Notes under the pieces: generated by a model
Database searches by the model: none
Seen by the model: only the letters and a program-made list of their open reading frames with translations
What the model was told of the DNA's origin: nothing
In this document: in pieces, positions 19,906-29,626 of the stretch
Position numbering within the stretch: position 1 is the stretch's first letter
Layout of the letters: each line of letters starts with the position of its first letter
Assembly: GCA_039908535.1 (NCBI GenBank)
Contig: JAMOAW010000004.1
Coordinates: forward strand, 2,909 to 66,908
Direction: 5' to 3'
DNA length: 64,000 nucleotides
From: Magnetococcus sp. DMHC-6
GTDB taxonomy: Bacteria; Pseudomonadota; Magnetococcia; Magnetococcales; JADFZT01
Made by a program: the position numbers and the translations under genes

Positions 19906-20211
19906 TCATTCAAACTGAAAACCAAGACCATCGGCATCGACCCGAACAATTTGACAGCGAATATCAATACTCCGATCCCGTGTGTTCACCTGCACCCGAC
20001 CAAAAGTGTGAAATAAATGCTCATGAATATATTTTTTCTCTATCTCCATAAAGAAACCCGACACGCTAAAATTGATCACATGTCCAGGAATCTTCTCCCC
20101 TGCGTCAGAAAAGAAAGTCGCGTTTCCTACATAATCCAATCGTACCGCCCGATGCTTCATTGTTTCACCAGACATTTTTTTACAGCAGAAGCCACTTAAA
20201 ATCTCCCACAA
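19906..20211 (-). CDS. PilZ-domain-like small protein (start uncertain)
   Basis: NFSVSG matches the (D/N)xSxxG PilZ motif, and an Arg-rich N-terminus (KHRAVRL) precedes it. Internal ATGs at 20175 and 20160 are possible starts. Confidence 0.5.
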   Translation of the reverse strand: MWEILSGFCCKKMSGETMKHRAVRLDYVGNATFFSDAGEKIPGHVINFSVSGFFMEIEKKYIHEHLFHTFGRVQVNTRDRSIDIRCQIVRVDADGLGFQFE

Positions 20212-20251
20212 TGGTCTATAGACTCAAACAAATGCCCTGCCAAAACACCCC

Positions 20252-20731
20252 TCAACCCCGTGCATCTGCCAATGCAATTTCAGACTGTTCCAATAAATGC
20301 AGCATCAGACCTAACCGCCTATGGTGCTGCCGACTTTGAGAACGCAGTTGATCCATCCGCTCTCGGTAGCTCAAAATCACCTGCTTACGGATTTGTTGTA
20401 AATCACCCCCGCTCTTGGAGTTATTCACCGCCGCTAAAACCTGATCTCGTCGCTCACGTAACAAGGCTTGATAGGCCTCATTGCGTTCATCAAAGGCCAC
20501 ACGCTCTTTCTCAACCAATTCTCTGTAATAGACCACTTTCTTTTGCCAATAGATCGTCGGAGTCACATAACGTTGCAATGTCTCAATTAAACTATCACCC
20601 TGATAAATTTCAGGTTCAATTTGGATAGAACTCTCAAAACATCCAAACAGCACCAATAACACAGGAAATAAGAAAAACAGCTTTCGATAACCAGAAAGAG
20701 AACACCTCACGCATTGATCACCGCGTGGCAT
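20252..20731 (-). CDS. coiled-coil lipoprotein, function unknown
   Basis: Signal peptide with lipobox LVLFGC, then an R/E/Q-rich helical region. Overlaps the upstream sigma-54 activator gene by 14 nt. Confidence 0.5.
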   Translation of the reverse strand: MPRGDQCVRCSLSGYRKLFFLFPVLLVLFGCFESSIQIEPEIYQGDSLIETLQRYVTPTIYWQKKVVYYRELVEKERVAFDERNEAYQALLRERRDQVLAAVNNSKSGGDLQQIRKQVILSYRERMDQLRSQSRQHHRRLGLMLHLLEQSEIALADARG

Positions 20732-22055
20732 ATTCGTTCAACTTATTTCGCAAAGTTCGAATAGAGATCCCTAAAAGTTCTGCTGCACGCGTTCGGTTTC
20801 CATTTACTTCATCCAATGTGCGACGAATTAAAAACTCCTCCATCTCCCGAACCGTCGTCCCCACAGGCATTCGAATTTCATCCTCATCCACTTCCCGATC
20901 CACGTCCTCTCTCATAACATGAATATCCAACATCAAATCATCTGCCGTTATTTCGGACCCCTCTGCCATAAGCAACGCGCGATGCACTACATTTTCCAAC
21001 TCACGAATGTTCCCAGGCCAAGAATAGGAGTTTAAAACGACTAGTGCCTCTGTATCAAAAGGGATATCGTTGCGCAAAAGGTCAGCCGTGAACCGCTTAC
21101 GAAAATGTTCCGCTAACAGGGGGATATCTTTGACACGTTGACGAAGAGGGGGAAGTTTAACAGGAAAAACATTTAATCGATAGAATAAATCTTCCCGAAA
21201 CTGTTTTTGCGCCGCCCACTCCTTTAAATCGCGGTTGGTAGAGGCGATCACCCGCACATCCAAGGCCACGGTGGAACGTCCACCAACCGGATCTACCTCC
21301 TTTTCCTGCAATACCCTCAACAGTTTGGCCTGTAAATTTAAAGACATTTCGGAAATTTCATCTAAAAAAATAGTGCCACCGTTGGCCTGCTGAAACTTCC
21401 CCTTCCGATCCGCCAACGCCCCTGTAAAGGCCCCTTTGGCATGACCAAACAGCTCAGATTCCAATAAATTTTCAGGCAAGGCCGCGCAATTGATCGCCAC
21501 AAACGGACCTTGACTGCGTTCGGAAACCTGATGAACAAAACGGGCCACCAACTCCTTCCCAGTGCCACTTTCGCCTTGAATCAAAACCGTCGCCTGTGAA
21601 TTGGCTACCCGACGAATTTGTGCCAATAGGCGCAACATATTGGCATCAGCCGTTATAAAATGGCGCCCACGCCCCAGCTCTGGATCAAAATATTTTTCCG
21701 CAAAACCGCTCAAAACCCCTTGAATAATGGAATTTTCAACTGGCAATAATAAATAATCCGCAGCTCCTACCGCAATGGATTCCCGGGCATCGTTCACATT
21801 ACCCTTGACCGCTACCACGACCACCGGCAGCCCTCGAAACAAAAAGGTAAACTCCCGCACCCGCTCTAATGGCGATGGCACATCCTCAAGTGAAAAAAAG
21901 ACCATGCTGACAAGGTGTTCAGAAAGAAACTGCTTCGCCTCTTCCGACGTGCGCCGTTGTACCACTTGAAAGCCGGCCTCACGAATCTGACCTAAAAATG
22001 CACTAAAAATAGGAGCAGATCCACCGACCAAAAGAATATTTTTGTGCTTATCCAT
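20718..22055 (-). CDS. sigma-54-dependent activator with a degenerate (pseudo-)receiver domain
   Basis: AAA+ core [23 protein letters not shown] and a C-terminal Fis-type HTH. The N-terminal REC-like fold lacks the acidic pair (LLVGGS instead of DD), the usual phospho-Asp context (FFSLED) and the conserved Lys (DYLLLP). Confidence 0.8.
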   Translation of the reverse strand: MDKHKNILLVGGSAPIFSAFLGQIREAGFQVVQRRTSEEAKQFLSEHLVSMVFFSLEDVPSPLERVREFTFLFRGLPVVVVAVKGNVNDARESIAVGAADYLLLPVENSIIQGVLSGFAEKYFDPELGRGRHFITADANMLRLLAQIRRVANSQATVLIQGESGTGKELVARFVHQVSERSQGPFVAINCAALPENLLESELFGHAKGAFTGALADRKGKFQQANGGTIFLDEISEMSLNLQAKLLRVLQEKEVDPVGGRSTVALDVRVIASTNRDLKEWAAQKQFREDLFYRLNVFPVKLPPLRQRVKDIPLLAEHFRKRFTADLLRNDIPFDTEALVVLNSYSWPGNIRELENVVHRALLMAEGSEITADDLMLDIHVMREDVDREVDEDEIRMPVGTTVREMEEFLIRRTLDEVNGNRTRAAELLGISIRTLRNKLNEYATR

Positions 22056-22059
22056 ATCT

Positions 22060-24990
22060 CTATTGGTTGACCATTCCTAAATTCAGGGCCAATTGCGCCG
22101 CGTGTTCCTTCGACACTTTTGACCACAAGTTTTCTGGTGTGGATTCGGCAATACGCTTAAATTCTTCCCGCGCCGCTGCCAAATCCCCTTTTGCTTGTAG
22201 GATATCCCCAATTCGCATCCGAGCCAATGCTTGAATTTCAGAATTTCCCGCCTGCTCGGCCACTTTCTTAAAAATTGGCATCGCCCTTTCGGCCCCTTTC
22301 CACTGATACATCACCAAAGCATAATAATAATAATCCATGCCATCGGCCATGCCTTGTAGGTCAATCAAGCTCTCTAAGGCCTGAATAGACTGCAAAAAAC
22401 GTCCACGGCCCTCCTCTGCTTGGGCCATCAACCGCAATTGATCCACCTGTTGAATCTTGTTTAAAATAGCCTTAGGAATCCGACTGACCAACCCCATCAC
22501 CCCATCCCAATCCGCCAATCGGGCCTTGCGCTGGGCCTCTGCCAATCGTACTCTGGCTCCTGGAGCCGAAATCTGCAATGGATCTTCTGAACCAATAAGA
22601 CCTAAAGTCGATCCCTTCTCCAAATGTTCACCAATATTCGTCAACTCCAAAGCCACCGGTTCTGTCGTCATCTCTTTCAACAGGGATACCCCACGCTCAT
22701 ATAGACCCAAGCGTTCTAAAGCCTCCGCCAATTGAATTAAAGCGGGCGCATACCCAGCCTCCTCACGCCAATCATTTCCGCACGCAATCGCCAGGGCAAT
22801 GGCCGCCTCTGGATTGCCTTTTTCTAACTCTTTCCCCATTCCGGCAATCAAATTTTTTTTCTTTAACTCATTTACCCGCTCGACGATGGCATCTCGTGAA
22901 GTGAGGGTCAACAAAGTATTCAAGGTGTTGATTGCCTCAAGATGTTCCCCATTTTCTTCAAGCAAAACGGCCTTACTCAAATAAGCCTCGAACAGTGGCG
23001 CGGGTATATGGGTATTGGCGATCACCTTATCAAAAGCGATAAGAACCTCCTTATTACCCCTTAAATTAAGACAAAGTTGCTCATGAATGTCGGATTGCCC
23101 ACTTTTTTGATCCCGTTCGGCGGTATTTTTACAATAGGCCTGCAGTTTTGGCTCTAACTGTAACCGTTTAATCCCCCCCCAAACCGCACTTTCAGAATCT
23201 GGAAATTCCGTCTGCAATCGATCATACAGTCGCGTTGCGGCATCCACATCCCCCATCTCTCCCCGAACCAAAGCCGCTTGCAAAATGGCTTTGGGAGCCA
23301 AATCCGCATTATGCGGATAATAACTCAATAACCGTGCATAATAATCAAGTGCCTCTGGGTAACGACCTTGAATAAAATAGCGATCCCCAACCTCCAGCAG
23401 CCAATCTGGATGATCGCCAATATAAGATTTATAACTCTCCGAGAGTCTATCCAAAATTTTTATAGATTCTGGAATCTCTCCACGGCGTTCTTTGAGACGA
23501 GACAAAAGGAACAACGCCTCCGCACTATCGGCCCCATGGTTGACATCGGCCTGCAACACCTCATTCAAAAGATACTCTGCCACGGCATCCCGATCCATGC
23601 TCCCACCCCGTTCATACGGGGTTTTGCGCTCTTTTGCATTTAAAATACAATCCAACTGCGTGGCGACCTCCCAACCGTTCTCTGCCTGTAATTCCACCCC
23701 CATCACCACATGCGCCCGCTCCAACCAGACTTTAGAGGAGTCTTTAGGCAAATTCGGATCACACAAAATCCCCAAAGCGGATTCAAACATGGAGGCTTGA
23801 TTATACAGAGCCAATTGTTTCAGTCGATAGTCTGAATATCGATAATGGTTAGGAAAACGCGACAAAACTTCGTCCAATTCAGAGAGTATCCAACCCGGCT
23901 TCCAGTTCATGAGAATGGCTAAATCCAATTTTTCAAAATCAATCACTTCACGATTGGCCGTTTCGGGAAAAATCTTCTCCAAATTTTCCAAATAACCACG
24001 CGCTTTCGCATATTGACGATCGCGTTTTGCCTGTAACGCATTCTCCATATACCAAGCCTCATCAATCTCCTGCCCTTGCAATTTCTTCGTTTTTGGATCA
24101 GGAACAAAAATTGGTATCAACCGATTCAGAGGATCGGGATGACCCTTTTCCAACGCCACTTTGCGCCGATCCAAAATAGCCTGCGCCTCCATTGCGCGAT
24201 TGGGGGTATCTTTGTTTCCTTTCGGACGCAATTCAATAATAAACGTGCCAGCCTCAGAATTGCGATAAAAGCGAACCGCATCGGTCGCTCCATCCATACG
24301 CACTTCCATCTCTACCTGGGCATTGGGAAACTCTTGCACCAAAATCCGCTCGGCCAATCCTCCAGGTGCAACTGGACGCCAACTCGGGCCCAGATGCGTT
24401 CCCTGCCAAAGCAATCGAACAATACCCGTCGCATAATCCACCGAATTTTCCACAAAGCCACTACCCGTATAAGAAAAAATCACCAATGTCCCATCGCGTC
24501 CAGGAAGAGTTAACCCCTCCAACATGCGAACAGGTCCCACCATCGACACTTTGGACGAACGTTGAATTGCTAAACGATATTTTCGTCCTTTATCGCCATC
24601 AAGATCCCCCAAATATTCCTGATATCCCAGTGAAGGCTCTTTTAGCACCAACGTCAAATAAATACCCATCGCCACCCCTGGCATCTCTCGCACCGTCGCC
24701 TCTTTGATCCACTGGCTCTGGGATAGATCAAAATTGGCAAACGGTAACGCCAACAATCCTGGAATAGAGACCTGCAACGTCGTTGCATCTAACAAGATGG
24801 CTCGTGGAGGGTCATATCCATCTGGAGCCTGAAAGCTAAAAATCTCTGTCTGGCCCTTATCTTCGGTCGCATAGTTCAGCGATGAAAAAAAGGCCATCGC
24901 CGATCCAGAAGTGACAAAATAGATAAGAATAGATACGATTGAAAAGAAACTATTCATTAGATACTTTTTTTTCATGCGTTTTCTTTTCAT
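22060..24990 (-). CDS. 976-aa secreted/periplasmic TPR-repeat protein
   Basis: N-terminal signal-like segment (FFSIVSILIYFVTSGSAMA). The C-terminal two-thirds consist of TPR-like helical repeats (e.g. GRYPEALDYYARLLSYYP, GDLAAAREEFKRI). Lies 12 nt after the upstream activator gene and 4 nt before the downstream one. Confidence 0.6.
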   Translation of the reverse strand: MKRKRMKKKYLMNSFFSIVSILIYFVTSGSAMAFFSSLNYATEDKGQTEIFSFQAPDGYDPPRAILLDATTLQVSIPGLLALPFANFDLSQSQWIKEATVREMPGVAMGIYLTLVLKEPSLGYQEYLGDLDGDKGRKYRLAIQRSSKVSMVGPVRMLEGLTLPGRDGTLVIFSYTGSGFVENSVDYATGIVRLLWQGTHLGPSWRPVAPGGLAERILVQEFPNAQVEMEVRMDGATDAVRFYRNSEAGTFIIELRPKGNKDTPNRAMEAQAILDRRKVALEKGHPDPLNRLIPIFVPDPKTKKLQGQEIDEAWYMENALQAKRDRQYAKARGYLENLEKIFPETANREVIDFEKLDLAILMNWKPGWILSELDEVLSRFPNHYRYSDYRLKQLALYNQASMFESALGILCDPNLPKDSSKVWLERAHVVMGVELQAENGWEVATQLDCILNAKERKTPYERGGSMDRDAVAEYLLNEVLQADVNHGADSAEALFLLSRLKERRGEIPESIKILDRLSESYKSYIGDHPDWLLEVGDRYFIQGRYPEALDYYARLLSYYPHNADLAPKAILQAALVRGEMGDVDAATRLYDRLQTEFPDSESAVWGGIKRLQLEPKLQAYCKNTAERDQKSGQSDIHEQLCLNLRGNKEVLIAFDKVIANTHIPAPLFEAYLSKAVLLEENGEHLEAINTLNTLLTLTSRDAIVERVNELKKKNLIAGMGKELEKGNPEAAIALAIACGNDWREEAGYAPALIQLAEALERLGLYERGVSLLKEMTTEPVALELTNIGEHLEKGSTLGLIGSEDPLQISAPGARVRLAEAQRKARLADWDGVMGLVSRIPKAILNKIQQVDQLRLMAQAEEGRGRFLQSIQALESLIDLQGMADGMDYYYYALVMYQWKGAERAMPIFKKVAEQAGNSEIQALARMRIGDILQAKGDLAAAREEFKRIAESTPENLWSKVSKEHAAQLALNLGMVNQ

Positions 24991-25002
24991 CCCCTCTTAC
25001 AC

Positions 25003-26004
25003 CTACCCCTCCATCTGTTCCAACCGTTCCAAACCCTTTTTCTTAATTTTTTCCACCAAGGTGGTGCGGTTAAGATTTAAAAGACGAGCGGCTTTGTTTT
25101 TATTCCAACCCGTGCTATCCAAGGCAGATAAAATTAAACGATTTTCAAAAGTGGCTACCTCTTGATTGAAATCAATCTGATCCTCACCATTGTGTTGGAT
25201 TAAAAAATCAGAGGCAGGGATTGACAATTCAATACCACTGGTTTGATAATTTCCCTCGGTCAATTTGACAGGAAGATCTTCCATTCGTACCTCATCATCG
25301 GCCAAAATGGTCAATCGCTCCATGAGATTTTCTAATTCACGCACATTACCAGGCCAATGGTAATGTTCAAAGGCTTCAATCACCTCTTCACTGAGCTTAA
25401 CCGATTCCCGATCCTGACTCTTGGCACTTTTATCGAGAAAATGGCGCGCCAACATGAGAATATCACCACCCCGTTCTCGTAACGGTGGAACCAACAGCGG
25501 CACCACATTCAGACGATAGAAAAGATCCTCACGAAACCGACCTTCCGCCACCTCTTTTTCTAAATTTTTGTGTGTCGCCGCAATCACCCGGACATCCACC
25601 TTAACCGATTTGACCGATCCCACCGGCTCCACAACCTTCTCTTGAAGAACCCGGAGCATTTTAACCTGAAGTTTTGGACTCATGTCACCAATTTCGTCCA
25701 AAAACAACACCCCGCCATTGGCCAGTTCAAACCGACCCACACGGGTAAAGGCCGCGCCAGTAAAGGCACCTCGAACATGACCAAAAAGTTCTGATTCCAG
25801 AAGATCCTCTGGAATAGCCCCGCAATTCACCGGTACCAACGGGAAATCCTTTCGAGGGGAAATCTGGTGAATGGCACGGGCGATCAACTCCTTACCCGTC
25901 CCACTTTCACCGTGGATAAGTACCGTAGAATTCGTGGCTGCCAACCGCTCGATCAATCGAAACAGTTGCTGCATACAAGTAGATTTTCCAATAATACCAT
26001 ACAT
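25003..26004 (-). CDS. sigma-54-dependent activator lacking any N-terminal regulatory domain (AAA+ plus HTH only)
   Basis: 333 aa beginning directly at the AAA+ module (IIGKS...GESGTGKE...[15 protein letters not shown]). C-terminal HTH is [19 protein letters not shown]. Confidence 0.8.
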   Translation of the reverse strand: MYGIIGKSTCMQQLFRLIERLAATNSTVLIHGESGTGKELIARAIHQISPRKDFPLVPVNCGAIPEDLLESELFGHVRGAFTGAAFTRVGRFELANGGVLFLDEIGDMSPKLQVKMLRVLQEKVVEPVGSVKSVKVDVRVIAATHKNLEKEVAEGRFREDLFYRLNVVPLLVPPLRERGGDILMLARHFLDKSAKSQDRESVKLSEEVIEAFEHYHWPGNVRELENLMERLTILADDEVRMEDLPVKLTEGNYQTSGIELSIPASDFLIQHNGEDQIDFNQEVATFENRLILSALDSTGWNKNKAARLLNLNRTTLVEKIKKKGLERLEQMEG

Positions 26005-26435
26005 ATTGTCGGACCTTCACCTCCATGGCGTCATCTTTGTCAAACTCGACGTCGGGATCACCTTCGTTACGTCAAAAATCTAACGGTACAGTACGACGAA
26101 AAGGAACCAATTTACAAGCCGAACCACACATTTTTTAAAAATAATTCTTTCCATTAACCATTAATTGACACAAAATCACCTTGACAACACAAAAAGTGCC
26201 CCGATTTCAACACCCAATTAAACATTTTTCCCGTTATTTTTCAAAGCATAAACATAGATATCAATCCAACAGATATCGCTCATTTATAAAAAATCAACGA
26301 TAGGTTATAAAGGACGTATTACGCAAATTCCATGCCTAATTATTTAAAAAAAAATAGTATTCCCCAAAAAAACCTATCCAAAAGCAGAGGTTAGACCATT
26401 TTCCTTGTTAAATTTTCAGGTATACTAAATGGACT

Positions 26436-27335
26436 ATGTCAAAACTTAAACCAATACCAACCGCTTTACTCAAAGACTTTCTCTTTTGCAAAGAGTTTGT
26501 CCGCAGCCACAGCGAAAATTTTCCGGTGGGATCGCTCCTAGCCCCGCGCCGACTGCGTCCCCATTTGCACGCCATTTATGCCTTTGCCCGTTCCGCCGAC
26601 GACTTTGCCGATCTGCCAGGCCGCAATGCCCAATCCCGTCTGCAACTCCTGGATTCCTGGTCCCAACGCTTGATCAAGGCCGAAGCCGACATACCCGATC
26701 ATCCCATTTTTAACGCCCTCTCCTATACTATCCGGGCCACTAAGTTACCCACTTTACCCTTGCATCATCTGCTCACCGCTTTTCGCATGGATGTCACCAA
26801 CAAACGTTACGACACATTAGAAGAGCTTTTTGATTATTGTCACTATTCGGCCAATCCAGTCGGTCGCATTCTTTTACACCTGGCCAATGAACAAATCTAT
26901 GAGGTCGCCGCACCAACCCCAGCAAAATTTTTGCTCTCCGATGCCATCTGTACCGCCTTACAATTGACCAACCACCTGCAAGACCTTGGCGAAGACTCGT
27001 GGAGTGGCCGTCCGCTCTATATACCCAAAGAGAAAATGCAAAAATTCGATGTAGACGAACAAATGATCCTCTCCAGACGTTTTTCGCCCAATATCGGCCA
27101 TCTCATGCTTGAGATGATCGCCATAACCAGAGAGCTGTTTTACACCGGTGAACCCTTGCTCCATACCGTTCCTTGGCCTCTCAACCTAGAGTTATCTTTT
27201 ATTTGGGAATCTGGCATGAACGTCTTGGATCTCATCGAAGAATCTGGTGGGAATACCTTACGCGTGCGCCCCAATCTCTCCACCAAAGGCCGCTTTGCTT
27301 GTTTCCGCAAGGCACTACAACGGGTTTTATCATGA
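26436..27335 (+). CDS. hpnC: squalene-synthase-family protein HpnC (hydroxysqualene synthase)
   Basis: Squalene/phytoene synthase motifs YAFARSADDFAD and LQLTNHLQDLGED. First gene of an hpnC-D-E arrangement. Confidence 0.75.
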   Translation: MSKLKPIPTALLKDFLFCKEFVRSHSENFPVGSLLAPRRLRPHLHAIYAFARSADDFADLPGRNAQSRLQLLDSWSQRLIKAEADIPDHPIFNALSYTIRATKLPTLPLHHLLTAFRMDVTNKRYDTLEELFDYCHYSANPVGRILLHLANEQIYEVAAPTPAKFLLSDAICTALQLTNHLQDLGEDSWSGRPLYIPKEKMQKFDVDEQMILSRRFSPNIGHLMLEMIAITRELFYTGEPLLHTVPWPLNLELSFIWESGMNVLDLIEESGGNTLRVRPNLSTKGRFACFRKALQRVLS

Positions 27336-28213
27336 ACCCGGATCAATATTGTCAGCAAAAAATCAGACATTCTCACTCCTCATTCCATTACCCACTGCTT
27401 TTTCTTCCAAAAAAACAACGGCAAGCCATGTATGCTCTCTATGCTTTTTGTCGCGAAGTGGACGACATCGTTGACTTGGGAAAAACCCCCGATATCAGCC
27501 GAATTAAAATTGCTTGGTGGCAAAAAGAGATCATCGACACCTATGCCGGAAGGCCGCACCATCCCATCGCCTTGGCCCTGGACACGGTGATTAAAAATTA
27601 TCACATTCCCCAACCCCTTTTTTTAAAAATTCTCCACGGCATGGAGATGGATCTCAATAAAAACCGCTACAAAAACATAGAAGAGTTGCTCCATTATTGT
27701 GACCATGTCGCGGTTGCAGTCGGAGAAATTGCCATGCATATTTTTCTGCCGCCGCAAACCCACCCTCTTGTGCAGGCAACGTTAACCCACGATTTTGCCC
27801 ACCACCTGGGATTAGCACTCCAACTGACCAATATTTTGCGTGATATCGCCGAAGACGCCAAAATGGACCGCATTTATCTTCCCCAAGATCTTCTGTGCCA
27901 AGAATCGGTGCCAGAAGCGACGATTCAAAACGGTATTTTTCATACCTCTTTAGAACGGGTTTTAATGGCACTTGGCGAAAGAGCCCAACAGCACTATCAA
28001 CAAACCTGGCAACTGACCAACCAATTTAACGATAAACGCCCCCTGCTTCCCGCGCTTATCATGGCAAGACTCTATCACACCATTTTAAATCAATTGCAGC
28101 AGCACCATTTTAATCCCTTTACCCCGATCTCTTCTCTTACCACTTTTGCGCGCCTTCGCATCGCTTGGCAAACTTGGGTTGCGTTGCGTCGACCAACCTT
28201 TTATATCCAGTGA
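27332..28213 (+). CDS. hpnD: squalene-synthase-family protein HpnD (presqualene diphosphate synthase)
   Basis: Motifs YAFCREVDDIVD and LQLTNILRDIAEDA. The ATG at 27332 overlaps the hpnC stop (ATGA). The track start at 27173 lies inside hpnC. Confidence 0.75.
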   Translation: MNPDQYCQQKIRHSHSSFHYPLLFLPKKQRQAMYALYAFCREVDDIVDLGKTPDISRIKIAWWQKEIIDTYAGRPHHPIALALDTVIKNYHIPQPLFLKILHGMEMDLNKNRYKNIEELLHYCDHVAVAVGEIAMHIFLPPQTHPLVQATLTHDFAHHLGLALQLTNILRDIAEDAKMDRIYLPQDLLCQESVPEATIQNGIFHTSLERVLMALGERAQQHYQQTWQLTNQFNDKRPLLPALIMARLYHTILNQLQQHHFNPFTPISSLTTFARLRIAWQTWVALRRPTFYIQ

Positions 28214-29562
28214 TTCCCCCCTCCTCTTGGCCAAAATGTGATGTATTAATTCTTGGGGCTGGCGTGGCTGGATTGGCGGCAGCGGTTTATCTGGCACGAT
28301 CTGGACTCAAGCCCCTTATTCTGGAGGCATCCAAATCTCCCGGTGGTCGGGCTCGCTCTTTTTTTGATCCAACTTTTGGCACCCACCTAGATAATGGGCC
28401 ACATCTGCTGGTAGGGGCCTATCATAACACCTTAGAGCTGTTATCTATTTTGGGCAGTACGAAACTTTTGGGAGATCCCCAAAAGGTAATCTACACCTTT
28501 TGGGCGTCAAAGAGCGGATATCAACATCTCAATTGCCCCAACTGGCCAGCCCCCTGGCATCTACTGGCCGGATTGATCCATTTTACCCCATTGACAAAAT
28601 CAGATCTTTGGGCGGCCTGTCGTCTGGCTCCTGCGCTGCTTACACCGTCGTCGCAACTGGAGGGGATGAGCGTTGATTTTTGGCTGACACGGCAGAGAAC
28701 AACCGATAGATTGCGTCAATGGCTTTGGGAACCCCTCTGTTTAGCCACCTTGAACGAACCTACCCAGCGCGCCAATGCCGCCTTGTTTGCCAACGTATTA
28801 AAAAAAATGTTTTTTTCCGATCGGCAGATGGCCCGACCTTTGTTTCCATGTCGCCCTTTGTCCGAAATTTTTTCCATCCCCGCCAGAGAGTATCTGCAAA
28901 CGCATGGTGGAGAGATATTGTGTCAGCAACGGGTAACCGCGCTTGAAGCCCACAATAATCGCATTCACACCCTCCATACCCCCAACGGAAGCCTTACCGT
29001 AACCACCCCCATCATTGCCACCCTCCCTCCCCACGCTTTAAGCAAAATTCTCCCACCCCTGACACAACACCCCTCCTGGACACATTTAAACACCTCCCCC
29101 ATTGTCACTGTACATTTGGGTTATACCACCCCTTTCACTCCTCCTGCGCCCATGTTGGGTCTGCCTTTTATGGAGAGCCAATGGCTCTTTTTTCCACCCG
29201 CAGATCCCTCCAATGACAAAAATCTATTTCGCATCAGCGCGGTCATCAGCGGTGCCCATGCCCAAGCGCATGATTCGGCCCAACATCTTATCCAGAGAGT
29301 ACACCAAGAGGTGGGCCAAATTTTTGGCCAGCTTGCAGGATCCACACCGCAAGCCATGCGGGTGATCAAAGAGCATCAAGCCACCTTTTCCGCTACGCCT
29401 GGATCCTCTGCGCGACGACCTAAACCACGGACTCCCTGGCATAATTTTTTTTTAGCAGGTGACTGGACCGACACCCAATTACCAGCCACCCTTGAAGGGG
29501 CTGTGGTCAGCGGACAAAAAGCAGCCCTCCTTGCGATGAACCAATTGCCTTTTAAGTCGTAA
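28210..29562 (+). CDS. hpnE: FAD-dependent amine-oxidase-family protein HpnE (hydroxysqualene dehydroxylase)
   Basis: Dinucleotide fold DVLILGAGVAGLAAAVYLARSG and a C-terminal FLAGDW motif. The proposed GTG start at 28210 overlaps the hpnD stop (GTGA). The ATG at 28165 is the alternative. Confidence 0.7.
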   Translation: MIPPSSWPKCDVLILGAGVAGLAAAVYLARSGLKPLILEASKSPGGRARSFFDPTFGTHLDNGPHLLVGAYHNTLELLSILGSTKLLGDPQKVIYTFWASKSGYQHLNCPNWPAPWHLLAGLIHFTPLTKSDLWAACRLAPALLTPSSQLEGMSVDFWLTRQRTTDRLRQWLWEPLCLATLNEPTQRANAALFANVLKKMFFSDRQMARPLFPCRPLSEIFSIPAREYLQTHGGEILCQQRVTALEAHNNRIHTLHTPNGSLTVTTPIIATLPPHALSKILPPLTQHPSWTHLNTSPIVTVHLGYTTPFTPPAPMLGLPFMESQWLFFPPADPSNDKNLFRISAVISGAHAQAHDSAQHLIQRVHQEVGQIFGQLAGSTPQAMRVIKEHQATFSATPGSSARRPKPRTPWHNFFLAGDWTDTQLPATLEGAVVSGQKAALLAMNQLPFKS

Positions 29563-29626
29563 ATCTGGTAAATTTCCTAACGCGCTTTTTTTTAAGTTCA
29601 CACTTGACACCAACCAATGGCCAATC

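Noticed and set aside
25003-26004. Interpreting the 333-aa sigma-54 activator as a 5'-truncated pseudogene of an NtrC-type regulator
   Set aside because: The ORF starts cleanly at the AAA+ module, and there are no REC-coding remnants in the 430-bp upstream spacer. Natural domain-less EBPs (PspF, HrpR/S) are well known. It is kept as a real gene.
27173-27331. Upstream 53 codons of the long hpnD ORF
   Set aside because: They lie inside hpnC in another frame. The ATG at 27332 gives a normal HpnD N-terminus and an ATGA overlap with the hpnC stop.
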